Source: Octopus bimaculoides
Lineage: Eukaryota
Assembly: GCF_001194135.2 (NCBI RefSeq)
Contig: NC_068985.1
Span: 12,515,717-12,557,320, forward strand
DNA: 41,604 bases
Direction of reading: 5' to 3'
The notes beneath the pieces were generated by a model. The model was not told the DNA's origin and made no database searches. It saw only the letters and a program-made list of their open reading frames with translations. Below, piece after piece: positions 23,816 to 36,171 of the stretch. Positions within the stretch are counted from its first letter, which is position 1, and every line of letters starts with the position of its first letter. Position numbers and translations under genes: made by a program.

Positions 23816-26595
23816 GACTATCTGCAGTAGTTTCAGACTATCTTCAGCGTGCCTCTGCTCTGTTTCAATTTTCTCCCCCATTGCACAATGGACTAACGAT
23901 ATTTAGCCATTAGGAAACAAAAGGTAAATGCTCTACCTAACATAGCATTTGCTTTGCTTTTCATTCAGTCGTAGTTTATGTCACGCTATGGAAGATTATG
24001 TAATGGATGCAATGTAATAAATGTGGAGCAGTGAATTCCCCAACAGAACGGTTCAGCGCTGAAAAGGGACTGAAATTACCGATTTAGTTTTACACATAAA
24101 AATGTACACTTTATCCTTATCAATAATACTTAGATGCAAAGCGCATTAAAAAATTTTAACTTCTCCATTCTTCTATGAGGGAAATACTTCGGTGAGTTTG
24201 CTTTCTAATTTGTAGTGTTAAATGGCATTGGCAAACGGAAACCTATTATTACTCAAAGGACTCAAGCAAAAATCAGGTCTGCTCTAAATTCATACTCCAG
24301 TTTCTTATCTTCTAGCTGGCAGAACGGGTCAATCTAAATTTTTAGATATGTGCATATGCTTTGGAAATATCCTAGGGTTACTCTAGCGAGAAGATTATAT
24401 TTGTAATACATCCATGCTATGGAAGATTATGTAATGTAATGGATTCCTCATCTAGAATCAGTTACAAGCAACTCTCACTGCGTACGCAGTCTTTTCACAG
24501 TATGTGATAATCTGTTTTGTATAGCTGACAATCGGTTGTTTTGACATAAAACAGTACAATTTATAAATATATAAACTCTACTGACCGTACACTAGACAAT
24601 CACAGCCCACTTCCAAATCAGTACTGGAAGTTCATTATGCTAATGTAAGTTTTCTGTTGTTGCAACCCCACTGAAATCCGAATCGAAAGCAAATATTATT
24701 CTTAACATTCTTGTAATAGTTTTGTGTTATTTAATGCATAATGTGATATATTAGTTATATTCTACACATTATAAATGTTCATTGGGTGTATTATGCTGTA
24801 ATTATATATTATGTTATAACAACTGGAGTTCTCTTTGCGCTCCATCTAGCACCCCTACAAAACATCAGCTGGGTATGCCTAAGTACACTGTCTATCAAAT
24901 CCTTGTTACTGTCACACAACCACATTTTAATACTTTTATAACTGTAATGCTCGAATCTTTCTCCAATTTACTAAACTATCTTTAATTTTTAATGTTACTT
25001 AGTTTTTTTCTTTTGAATGACAATTAATTATATACAAAGGCACTGTTCGCCTATAAGACAAATACATATTTTCGTCTGGCAGATTTTGCTGACACGGTTG
25101 TTTATTAATTCGATTAGATTAATTATTTGAGAAAGGGTTGAACTCCAGACTAATGGGTGAGTGAATCACTTGAAAATAGGATGTTNNNNNNNNNNNNNNN
25201 NNNNNNNNNNNNNNNNNNNNNNNNNNNNNNNNNNNNNNNNNNNNNNNNNNNNNNNNNNNNNNNNNNNNNNNNNNNNNNNNNNNNNNNNNNNNNNNNNNNN
25301 NNNNNNNNNNNNNNNNNNNNNNNNNNNATATATATATATATACGTATGTATGTATATATGTTTTTATGCATGTATTTATGTATGTATGTAGGTAGGTAGG
25401 TATCTGGTGCAATACGTAATAGACTGAAATAACAAAAACGCCTAATAATTTGAAAGACGTGGGCATTCTACATTCTTGCTGATATATTCAGACATTATAA
25501 ATTGCTTGCTGTGAGAGAGAGTATTAGTGTTAAAAATCTTACTGCTGAAACACGGATGATCATTGACATAATATGAGCCATCGCCATTTTGTCTCCTAAA
25601 TGACGTTGCGATCAGGTGTTACCTCGGGTTTTATATTCTCAGAATGTCAAAGAACTATTTAGTTGTAAATATATTCCTATCGATTAGAATCATTATTTCT
25701 CATCAAAGATGCTAGTATTTTCAGGACATAGCTATTCCCAAGATATTATATATTGTGTAAACCAGCAGCATTAATTGAAAATCTATTCCTCAATTCTTTT
25801 CTCGCTGTAATAAAAATGGTTTCCAATAAATACTCTCGGAAAAATCAAATTGTCTGGAAAACTTAAAATTAAACTGGTTATCCATTGAAGTACACACAGG
25901 CATACGTTAACTTCCTCGTTGAATCCACCTACGTTTGCATAAATGCAATTAAACGAGAGATAGAAAATGATGTGTTGATGATTTAATTGAGCGCAGAATA
26001 TAAATAGATGAGAAAATAGCTATTAGATTTGTTGAGACATGTTCTTGATTAGTTTTCTAAAACAACGGAAAAACAATAAACTCCGCTTATTGTTTCTAAT
26101 TAAGCGATTTATAAAATTGTTTTTCTTGTCTTTTTTTAATGGAAATCCTACTGCTGACGTGACGTAAAAAGAATTCCCATGTTCATCAGTTTTGACATGT
26201 GTATAAATAGGTTCATATACATTGATTTTTTAATGACATTTGTCGGATCTATACTCCTAAGCTATAGTAGATGCTATCGTAAATTTGTATAATACGAAAA
26301 CTCACTTTGTACTGCTTGATATGCAAGAAAATAGAACTTAAAAGCTTGCTGCTTATATTATTTCTATTACGTGTCAAAATCAAGTAAATCGTTAAGTAAG
26401 CTTCTAAGCAATATAATTTTCCATATATGTTTTTCTTTTCTTTTTGCTTTTTTTATTTAATTTCATACAATTCAGATTTCAGCGCATTGGATTATCGAAG
26501 CCAATTTCATATAAACGTGAGACATACGAAAGACACACTCAAAAAGAAAACATCGTAAATAGATATCACTCAAAACAATTCTACGATATTTAACG

Positions 26596-26965
26596 CGGGC
26601 GTAGCTGTGTAGTAAGAAGATTGTTTTTCAATCACATGGTCCTGGGTTCTGTCCCACTGCGTGATACTTTGAGCAAATGTCCTCTACTATAGCTGCGGGC
26701 GAATAAATCTTGTGAGTAGATTTGGTATACAGAAAGAAAAAGAAGAAGAAGAAGACGAAAATTAGAAGAATAAGAAGGAGAAGAAGAAAAAGAAGACGAA
26801 GAACCAATATATATATATATATATATATATACACATGTGTGTGTTTCTCTGCTTGTCCCCACCTCTTGACAACCGCTGTTGGTGAGTTTACATCTCAGTC
26901 ACTTAAAGTTTTCACAAACGCGCCCGTAAGAATAGACACCGGGCTTACGAAAACAAAATAATTAC
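26596..26965 (+). mobile_element. CORE-like tRNA-SINE with an expanded internal (GAA)n(TA)n(TG)n
   Basis: Head gcgtagctgtgtagtaagaag...gggttctgtcccactgcgtg, CORE region actttgagcaaatgtcctctactatagc, and the 3' half ttgacaaccgctgttggtgagtttacatc. Confidence 0.8.
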
Positions 26966-26974
26966 TCCAATACT

Positions 26975-27117
26975 AAATTGATATTTATTTTATCGACGCC
27001 CGTAACGATGAGAGGCGAATTGAACCTCGATGGAATTTGAACTTAGAATCTAAAATGGAAGTTATGACGCTAAATATTTTGCCCTACTTTGTAACGATTC
27101 TGCCAGCTCACCACCCT
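26975..27117 (-). mobile_element. Diverged Meta/MESC-like SINE
   Basis: Reverse complement ggtggtgagctggcagaatcgttac...taagttcaaattccatcgagg...gcgtcgataaaataaata. Confidence 0.75.
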
Positions 27118-27609
27118 AATTTGTATATGGAGATATCTATCAATAGATGTTGCAATGTGTAATTGTCAATGGGCTGTGTGATATGAATTTTTAAATCAAA
27201 TATCGTACACAATATAAGTTAAAATCGAGATGGAATTATTATGAAGCATATTTATAAAATATTGGTATTGTTCAGTTTAAAATTTCTAATAAAAAAATAT
27301 TTCTATTTTCTAGTTGTTTGTCTTCAGGTAATTCTGTATATTCTCCTAGGCATTAATCTGAAACTTACCAGAAATCTACAAGCGAAATAGTCATGAATCA
27401 CTGTCGATAGTATCAGTGAATAACAGCAAAAATATTTGACGTCGGGTTGAGAAAATAAAGACCAAAAATTAATAGAAACAAGAAAATTGCAATGCAGGAT
27501 AATCAAAAGTATCACACATGCTCACACACACCCAGATACGCACCCAAACACACTCACACTCACACACATATATATATATACACACATATATATATACACA
27601 TATATATAT

Positions 27610-27850
27610 ATTGGAGCACTAGGTATTGTTAGTAAATGCTTAAAAGAAAATCTGGATAAACTGGGATTTTCAGAAAGAGAAATTGCCCGGCTGATTCGTA
27701 CATTACAAGTGCAGTCTGTAAGTGGAACAGTAAAAATATGCAAGACTTTTCTCGAGTTCCAAATGTGAATTTGTCTGTGTTAACTACATCCCAAAGATGG
27801 TGCCTTGTATCTTTGTGGAAAACCGGCTCCCTTCTCGGTGGAAGATTTAT
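27610..27850 (+). mobile_element. 3' end of an RLE-type LINE (second family)
   Basis: IGALGIVSKCLKENLDKLGFSEREIARLIRTLQVQSVSGTVKICKTFLEFQM*, then a 3' UTR. It is homologous to the C-terminus at 28400-28540. Confidence 0.85.
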
Positions 27851-27997
27851 AATAATTAAAAAGATAGAAGAGATATAGTTACATACACATAAAAATACCC
27901 TATTGTTGATGTTGAAATTTCAATCAAGGAACCTTGGATCTAGGTTACAAACCGGTTCTTTCTCTATTGGTAAGAAATCTTGAAATAAAACTTAATA

Positions 27998-28090
27998 ATG
28001 ACATACATATATACATACATACGTAGATACATACATACATACATAAATACATACATACATACATACATACAAGCATACATGCATACATGA
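27998..28090. repeat. (TACA)n microsatellite
   Basis: Read directly. Confidence 0.95.
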
Positions 28091-28091
28091 T

Positions 28092-28575
28092 AAAATCCGT
28101 CGAAAGGATAACGCTTAGAAGAAAGAAATAACAACTCACAGTATGATTGAAGACATAGCAATTCATAATGAAATGGTAGAATGTCCCAGTGAAAATCTCA
28201 ATAACAATGTAAGCGCAAAAGACCTGACATAATGATTTGGCATAGAGAAGAGAAACTGCACAGCTGAGGATATTACCTGTCCAGCGAACGTTAACATAAA
28301 ACTGAAGATCAGTGAAAATGAGAATACCTACGCTGATCTATTGAGACAACTATCCAGTGGCCCTATCCAAATTACAATTTCACGTTTATACCTATAATTA
28401 TTGGGGTATTGTGATATGTAACACACTACCTAAATTCCAATCTCGGGAAATCAGGTTCCTCAAAACCAGAAAGGGGAAAGCTTCCATCACTGAAACTGTA
28501 AAAATCAGTAAAAATTTCCAGAAGTTTATCATTTAAGTAAATATGAGCGTGTCTAGATACGCATGAAAAAAAAAA
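28092..28575 (+). mobile_element. RLE endonuclease and 3' end of an RLE-type LINE (second family), decayed
   Basis: W*NVPVK..CKRKRPDIMIWHREEKL...DITCPANVNIKLKISENENTYADLLRQL...FIPIIIGVL*YVTHYLNSNLGKSGSSKPERGKL, containing the RPD..C-P RLE motif. Confidence 0.85.
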
Positions 28576-28589
28576 CATACAAATGTGCT

Positions 28590-28712
28590 CGTATATATAC
28601 ATACATACAGACAGACAGACAGACATACATACATACACACACACATACATACATACATACATACATACATACATACATACATACATACATACATAGAGAC
28701 AAGAGAGAGAGA
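28590..28712. repeat. (TACA)n/(CAGA)n/(GA)n microsatellite
   Basis: Read directly. Confidence 0.95.
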
Positions 28713-28975
28713 GATGTGAATATACCTATGTATATGTTTGTTGCATTGTCCTAGCCTATTTATACTCAATCTGGCTAGAGCCTACAGGGTGACTAAAGTG
28801 TTCATAGATTTTATACCTCACAACACCATTTCTTTACCACTCTATGTCTACCACAGAATTCTCTGCCAGTGTTGTGAAGATCATTGATATGTGCACACCA
28901 TGCATATTGTCTGTATATCTCTCTATATGTAGTATAGTTATTTATATATGTATGCATTATGCACGTGTGTATATA

Positions 28976-29205
28976 CAGGGTGGACCAAAACTAGGTTTAC
29001 AGTTATTCAAAAGTTCCTATCGCATTCATATATTAAAGGCTTAGATCTTAATGATCTAATGAAACCATTATTTTATGCTAATTTAGTTAATTTTGTCAAG
29101 CTCCTATTTCCGTTTGGAAGATAGAAATTGAAATGTAATAAAATGTTTTAAAAGAAATTTAAAGCACCTTCGTGATAACTGTAAACCTACGTTTGGGCCA
29201 CCCTG
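28976..29205. mobile_element. Tc1/mariner-type MITE (230 bp)
   Basis: TA|CAGGGTGGACCAAAACTAGGTTTACAGTTAT...ATAACTGTAAACCTACGTTTGGGCCACCCTG|TA: TIRs of about 30 bp and a TA TSD. Confidence 0.92.
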
Positions 29206-29490
29206 TATACCTTTAATTGTAACTGCGTAATTTCTGGGAGCGGATTTTATCCCTTAAATTTTACATATGACCTTTTGTGTATTTTTACCTCTTTGATCGT
29301 AATATTTTCCATCTATTTAAATGCTTCATCAAATAAACATACTCTTCATTTTATAGATTCCAAAGAAGCTATAAGGTGATGCATATATAATGAGCTCTGA
29401 TTACAATGCAACATAGAGTAGAGAGAGTTGCAGACTAAAGCAGTTACTTAAACAATTCTTGTTTCTTGCAATTCCTTCACCCTTCATTGC

Positions 29491-29521
<31 letters not shown>

Positions 29522-30231
29522 GATATATATATATATATATATATATATANNNNNNNNNNNNNNNNNNNNNNNNNNNNNNNNNNNNNNNNNNNNNNNNNNN
29601 NNNNNNNNNNNNNNNNNNNNNNNNNNNNNNNNNNNNNNNNNNNNNNNNNNNNNNNNNNNNNNNNNNNNNNNNNNNNNNNNNNNNNNNNNNNNNNNNNNNN
29701 NNNNNNNNNNNNNNNNNNNNNNNNNNNNNNNNNNNNNNNNNNNNNNNNNNNNNNNNNNNNNNNNNNNNNNNNNNNNNNNNNNNNNNNNNNNNNNNNNNNN
29801 NNNNNNNNNNNNNNNNNNNNNNNNNNNNNNNNNNNNNNNNNNNNNNNNNNNNNNNNNNNNNNNNNNNNNNNNNNNNNNNNNNNNNNNNNNNNNNNNNNNN
29901 NNNNNNNNNNNNNNNNNNNNNNNNNNNNNNNNNNNNNNNNNNNNNNNNNNNNNNNNNNNNNNNNNNNNNNNNNNNNNNNNNNNNNNNNNNNNNNNNNNNN
30001 NNNNNNNNNNNNNNNNNNNNNNNNNNNNNNNNNNNNNNNNNNNNNNNNNNNNNNNNNNNNNNNNNNNNNNNNNNNNNNNNNNNNNNNNNNNNNNNNNNNN
30101 NNNNNNNNNNNNNNNNNNNNNNNNNNNNNNNNNNNNNNNNNNNNNNNNNNNNNNNNNNNNNNNNNNNNNNNNNNNNNNNNNNNNNNNNNNNNNNNNNNNN
30201 NNNNNNNNNNNNNNNNNNNNNNNNNNNNNNN

Positions 30232-30393
30232 CATATATACGACGGGCTTCTTTCAGTTTCCGTCTACCAAATCCACTCACAAGGCTTTGGTCGACCCGAG
30301 GCTATAGTAGAAGACACTTGCCCAAGATGTCACGCAGTGGGACTGAACCCTGAACCATGTGTTTGGCAAGCAAGGTACTTACCACACAGCCAC
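30232..30393 (-). mobile_element. Young CORE-like SINE, 5' half (the rest lies in the gap)
   Basis: Reverse complement gtggctgtgtggtaagtaccttgcttgccaaacacatggttcagggttcagtcccactgcgtgacatcttgggcaagtgtcttctactatagcctcggg...gaagcccgtcgtatatatg. Confidence 0.92.
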
Positions 30394-31481
30394 TCAGCGT
30401 TCATACTTCTACTATAAATTTGATTGCTTGATTTTAAATGAGCGATTGCAATTGCATCCGACGATTTTACTTAGTTCTTAATTTATACATGGAAATAAAA
30501 ATGAATAAATATATTTGGCAAAGCGATATAACCTAATGTCGAATATGATTATTATTTCTTGCAGCAAGAATTGTAGAAAATGCTATGGTCTTCCATATTA
30601 ATGCATACAATTGCTAACTTCTCATAGTATTTTCTGAAACACCTAGTAAATATTCAACATTTCCCTTTTTCCTTTTACATTGCTAAAGTAAAATTTTAGT
30701 AATATTGTCTAGGGGATCCGGTTAGATTCTCAAAACACTTCAGATATGCAAATCGTACGAAAAGCAATACGTGATATAGCGTTAACTTATGTAATGCATA
30801 TCATAAACAATCTAACTAGAAATACATATGATTTGTAAAATATAAGTCTATGGCTTTATTATTATACTGATTTTTCCATCTAGAAACAAACACTTCCATA
30901 TGTGTAACATATCGAATTATAAATTAATGTTGAAGGTGATACGTACTTTTGAATTTCAAATACAACGTATTAGTATGTGTGATTATGACGTTTGAATATG
31001 TATCTTACGGGAAAGTTGAACTACAATGTACCGGAATGCTACATATCTAATTATTACCAAACGTCACTCTACAATTAAGAGGAACGTTATGACTTCAAAA
31101 ATAGGAGATATAATTAATTTCCATTTATACTAAATATTGCCAGAATGCCTATCGAAATGCGCGACGTAAAAAAACGGTAAGACCATATCCAGAGAAGATT
31201 TCACAGCGAAAGCTACATGCAAGTTTTTATGTACTTTAAAGAGAAATCTAATATTTTTTACCAGCAGATTCTAAGCAAAATTAGAAAATATCATTTAAGA
31301 CAATTATAAAATTTACAATAAAGTAACCAGCATTTGTAATACCACCAAAAACAAAAGGTGATGCAATTTTCCTCAGATCGCCCTCGTAGATTAATATCTG
31401 GCTGTTTTCCACGCTGCTTTCATCAAGGAACTGAATTCTATTGCGAAGCATAGCATCAATAACAATATCATCAATACAGTT

Positions 31482-31682
31482 AAGGCGGCAAGCTCGAAGA
31501 AACGTTAGCACGCCGGGCGATAATGCTGAGCGGTATCTCCTCTGGCTTTACGTTCTGAGTTCAAATTCTGCCGAGGTCGACTTTGCCTTTCATCCTGTCG
31601 AGATCGTTAGATTAAGTACCAGTTGTGTACTGGGATCGATCCCAGAACATTTTGGTCCTTGTGCCTAGAGCAGAAAAGAATA
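31482..31682 (+). mobile_element. Meta/MESC-like tRNA-SINE
   Basis: aaggcggcaagctcgaagaaacgttagcacgccgggcg...gagttcaaattctgccgaggtcgactttgcctttcatcc...aagtaccagtt. Confidence 0.9.
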
Positions 31683-31802
31683 CCATCGTTACAATAATGG
31701 CATGTTATTGAATTATTTAAAAACGTTTTTGTCGATCTGACAACTTTTTCTTCACTCCACCTGATTATTGGTTCTGCATACGCAAATTGCATAATACATA
31801 CA

Positions 31803-31804
<2 letters not shown>

Positions 31805-31866
<62 letters not shown>
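31805..31866. repeat. (TA)n microsatellite
   Basis: Read directly. Confidence 0.97.
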
Positions 31867-31868
<2 letters not shown>

Positions 31869-33016
31869 AGATTAAGTACATAAAGGTAAAGCAAGTTGGA
31901 AAAATATAGTCTTCGAATACCAGAGGTAGAATTATATTTATATTTATAAATATACACTTACGTTGATAGATACACATTTGAAACGTATATGTATCAACGT
32001 GCATTTATTAAATGTATATCTATCAACGTAATTATATAAATATGAATAGGCCCTTATTGTTGTTCCATTCTCAACCAAAACTGTCCGACGAACGGGAACG
32101 TACAACTCTGAGCAACAGTTTTGTGATGTGGCTTATTAGCAATTTGAACCTAAAGGCAAAATTATCACAAGTCACAAAAGAGATGGAGAGTACTCACCAG
32201 CACCAGCTATTGCTAGAAACAAGAGCACCAGCTGGCTGTCTTCCATGCAATTGCAACATCTATTGCTATATATACTTTGTCCAATGACTCAGCACATCGT
32301 CGGTTCCACCAGTTAAATCCCCGAACTGAGTATCGCATGATCAAAATTCTATTCAAATGACTTGCTACATTCATATGTAGCTTCGATGATTTGCTTTGTA
32401 AATTTAATTCCCACTTTGCCGTATTTAGAATATCTTGTTAAAAGGAAAGCAATGCAGCTTACAGGATGTTGAATAGGATTTCTATTGTAATCTAAATAAT
32501 TGAAGCCATTGTTTTCATTTTAAAATAATCGTATCTCGAATAGTGATTCATTCACTGAATCAATAGAGTCCAAGAAACAGTCATTTACCATCATTATTAG
32601 TGTCCATTTACATTCTAGATTTTTTCCCGTCCACCGAGGCAGAAATACCTTTCATTCTCTATGAAAGGCCATTTCAAGCTACATGAAATACAAATACAAA
32701 TAATTCGGTTATGCTTTCAGATTTTTGTCGATGTAGAATGTTACTCGTTCATGCATGCACAGTTTGCTAGCATAGTCGAATTTACTACTGGAATATCGTA
32801 TTGATAAAAGAAATTGAGTATTTATCACTCATAATCCAGAAACGCGTCTACGATTAATCTTCGGAATGGTTAGTTTTCATTGTTTTTTCTTCTTGTTTTT
32901 GCCTTTGTGAGTTACAAGTAATGCTATCTGTTGGAATCTCAGCTTTTTTAGCTGCTATTTCTGAACTTCGGTATGTGGTGAAGCAAATATTTGCTGATCC
33001 CTAAATTATGTTTATT

Positions 33017-33050
<34 letters not shown>

Positions 33051-33849
33051 TANNNNNNNNNNNNNNNNNNNNNNNNNNNNNNNNNNNNNNNNNNNNNNNN
33101 NNNNNNNNNNNNNNNNNNNNNNNNNNNNNNNNNNNNNNNNNNNNNNNNNNNNNNNNNNNNNNNNNNNNNNNNNNNNNNNNNNNNNNNNNNNNNNNNNNNN
33201 NNNNNNNNNNNNNNNNNNNNNNNNNNNNNNNNNNNNNNNNNNNNNNNNNNNNNNNNNNNNNNNNNNNNNNNNNNNNNNNNNNNNNNNNNNNNNNNNNNNN
33301 NNNNNNNNNNNNNNNNNNNNNNNNNNNNNNNNNNNNNNNNNNNNNNNNNNNNNNNNNNNNNNNNNNNNNNNNNNNNNNNNNNNNNNNNNNNNNNNNNNNN
33401 NNNNNNNNNNNNNNNNNNNNNNNNNNNNNNNNNNNNNNNNNNNNNNNNNNNNNNNNNNNNNNNNNNNNNNNNNNNNNNNNNNNNNNNNNNNNNNNNNNNN
33501 NNNNNNNNNNNNNNNNNNNNNNNNNNNNNNNNNNNNNNNNNNNNNNNNNNNNNNNNNNNNNNNNNNNNNNNNNNNNNNNNNNNNNNNNNNNNNNNNNNNN
33601 NNNNNNNNNNNNNNNNNNNNNNNNNNNNNNNNNNNNNNNNNNNNNNNNNNNNNNNNNNNNNNNNNNNNNNNNNNNNNNNNNNNNNNNNNNNNNNNNNNNN
33701 NNNNNNNNNNNNNNNNNNNNNNNNNNNNNNNNNNNNNNNNNNNNNNNNNNNNNNNNNNNNNNNNNNNNNNNNNNNNNNNNNNNNNNNNNNNNATATATAT
33801 ATATATATATATGTATATATATGTATATATATGTATATATATGTATATA

Positions 33850-33894
<45 letters not shown>

Positions 33895-34415
33895 CGCAAC
33901 ATATATATTGCGTGGTATATCTGCAAGAATTGTAACAGAGAAATCAAGTTATCGTCAATTTTTGCAATGCCTTTTAAATATCCAGGATAGATTTGAAATT
34001 ATGTTCACTGCATAAAACATTAATTCAGTTTATAGTAGGTGACCTACTCCAGATAACAACCATACTCATTTCCCAAAATATCCATTCCCTTTGGGAGTTT
34101 CAAGTCACTCTACAAAATGAAACATATTACAATTCTTTAAAATAGTGCCTTCATTGTAATGAAATTCCAAAACCAAAAAACAAAAAAAATATATATATAA
34201 TAATAATAATATATAATTTGCTACGTAATATATGTAAGATCAATTCCCAGTGGTGCTGGCAATGCATTTTGATTCCGCTCAAGTCAGATGAATTAAATGT
34301 TATTAAACTATTAGAATGTACCCATTTCAACTTGTAATTTCTGAACTTTGCTCACTAAACGCAATATTTATTTACATTAAGAAAGTTATACTTTCATTTA
34401 TTGTTTAATCCGATG

Positions 34416-34783
34416 TCAGATCTGATCAATTAAATTTATGATCGTAGGCGCTAAAAATATGACTACCCCGTATGTTTCCAGTTCTAGTATCTCTTGGGTA
34501 TGAGTTACAAAACCCTATTCCTTCATAAGATGATAGGTTATAGCATTAAGAGATTTAGCTGTTATTTCTAGCAAGCAGCATGGGAGTGTTGATACTTTGT
34601 TTCTTGCACGTGATTAAGATATGCTATAAGAAGAGATTCATATATAAGTTTAGGAGCTCCAATGTCAGCTCGTCGTATTTGTTCTTTCCTACAACGCAGA
34701 ATTTTCTCTCTCAATACCGCAGAAACGCGTCGGCCATGATCAAAGACACCTTGCTGGCAAATTCCATTGGATTTGGATACCAT
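34416..34783 (-). pseudogene. Decayed paired-domain-like reading frame (Pax-like DNA-binding domain; probably a Tc1/IS630-type transposase relic)
   Basis: The ORF at 34568-34783 (GVFDHGRRVSAVLREKILRCRKEQIRRADIG...LNHVQET) aligns without gaps to the Pax PAI subdomain [31 protein letters not shown]...LGRYYET, with 14 of 52 identities by eye. After a frameshift, EITAKSLNAI...QEILELETYGVV weakly resembles RED (VATPKVVEKI...EIRDRLLAEGVC). Confidence 0.5.
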
Positions 34784-35924
34784 TACTCAAACTGATGCTA
34801 ACAATGTCACTCTCAAATCCTTAACATCATTGATGACACTACAATATGCATCAAGTCGACAGATACACAGCACTCAGCTCGTAGAATTTGTTCTTCCTCA
34901 TAACAGAGAATGTTCCCCTTTTGTTTGAAGGTAATTATATAAGGTTTCTTGAACGCTGAGTGGGGAATTGTGATTTATAGAGTTAACAGGATGAAGCGGA
35001 ATGTTTAAACAAGTTGTTCAAAATGAAATGTTTGTCTCATTCGCTTCGCATTTAGTTCGAGTTAAAAAAAAAAGAGGTATGAAATAAATTTTCAGTTGGA
35101 ACGTGGGACAACTAGTTCTGGTCATACTACAGAAAATGCTAGAGATAGTTAGTTGAGGATGCGGGGGTTGGCTTCAGATCTGATATCCGTTGCAATTGGT
35201 AATCTGTGCTGCGGAAGTTAGCTTTTATATCAAGCTTTAGCTTGTCAATATATCGCTGAACTAAAATGAATTTGATACCACGATTTAATAGATGACTCTC
35301 CTTGGTTGATATGATGCCGAGTAGATCTGAAATCTAGTTTGTTGTAATATGCAGCCATGTATGTGATGTTAGTAACAGCATTGTAGTTGCTATTGTTTAC
35401 AGCTTTTTCGTTAGAAGTAAGACCATGTTTATTTTCATTGTATGTGTTATATCAATGGTCTGGTGCTGACAGTTGTGTACTTGTCAAGGGGATGTACATA
35501 GTAGCGTCAACGCTGCCGTTAAGTATTTGAGAATGAATTTGAAATGATGAATTGGTGTAATAATATTCAAATCGAACGGCTTGTGCGTGAAACTTATCTT
35601 TTATCATGATCAATGCGTTTGTGGGGACAACTATTAAACATGTCGAGTGAATATCATAGAGATAAGTTTGGAAGCCGTTTAAATTTTACATCACAGGTTA
35701 TTATTTTGCTTTCTTTAAATTCTAAATGCACATACCTTATGACATTTTTAATGACAAAATGTTAATGAACTTGCGCGAATTTGTAAATTCCTTAGTTCAA
35801 AGCATTCAGGAAGTAAGTCAATGTTTTTATAGCGATAGTTATGATGTGTTACTGGTAGGTTTTATTCAAATTAACATTCCAGCAGCTCTTGGCCTTTACT
35901 ATTAGCAAGATCAAACAACACATT

Positions 35925-36137
35925 GATTTCAAATTTTGGCAGAAGTCCAGCAATTTCAGTGGACGAGATAAGTTGATTTCATTGTCACCAGCACTCAAGT
36001 AGTACATATTTCATCAACCTCTAAAGGAGGGAAAGCAAAATCGACCTCGACAGAATTTGAAATCAGAACGTAAAGACGGACGAAATTCAGCTAAGCATTT
36101 TACCCTGCACGCTAAATATTGTGTGAGGTCATCACCC
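35925..36137 (-). mobile_element. Diverged full-length Meta/MESC-like SINE
   Basis: Reverse complement ...aaaatgcttagctgaatttcgtccgtctttacgttctgatttcaaattctgtcgaggtcgattttgctttccctcc... Confidence 0.8.
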
Positions 36138-36171
36138 TAAATTTCAACAATATATTAAAATGAAGTAGTTG

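Noticed and set aside
23810-23850. Minus-strand CTGAAGA..GAAACTA-ctgcaga-TAGTC hammerhead-like string
   Set aside because: There is no stem II and stem I does not pair. It is explained by a 10-bp direct duplication, cagactatct.
23985-24436. 21-bp direct repeat gctatggaagattatgtaatg about 430 bp apart
   Set aside because: No element structure between the copies and only two copies, so it is not CRISPR-like or an LTR.
31281-31480. Protein-like ORF IDDIVIDAMLRNRIQFLDESSVENSQILIYEGDLRK
   Set aside because: No acceptor (it abuts a SINE) and no recognisable family.
32649-32678. 30-nt minus-strand micro-exon candidate LKWPFIENE
   Set aside because: Plausible splice sites, but the downstream join reaches a stop after about 28 codons. 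Unsupported.
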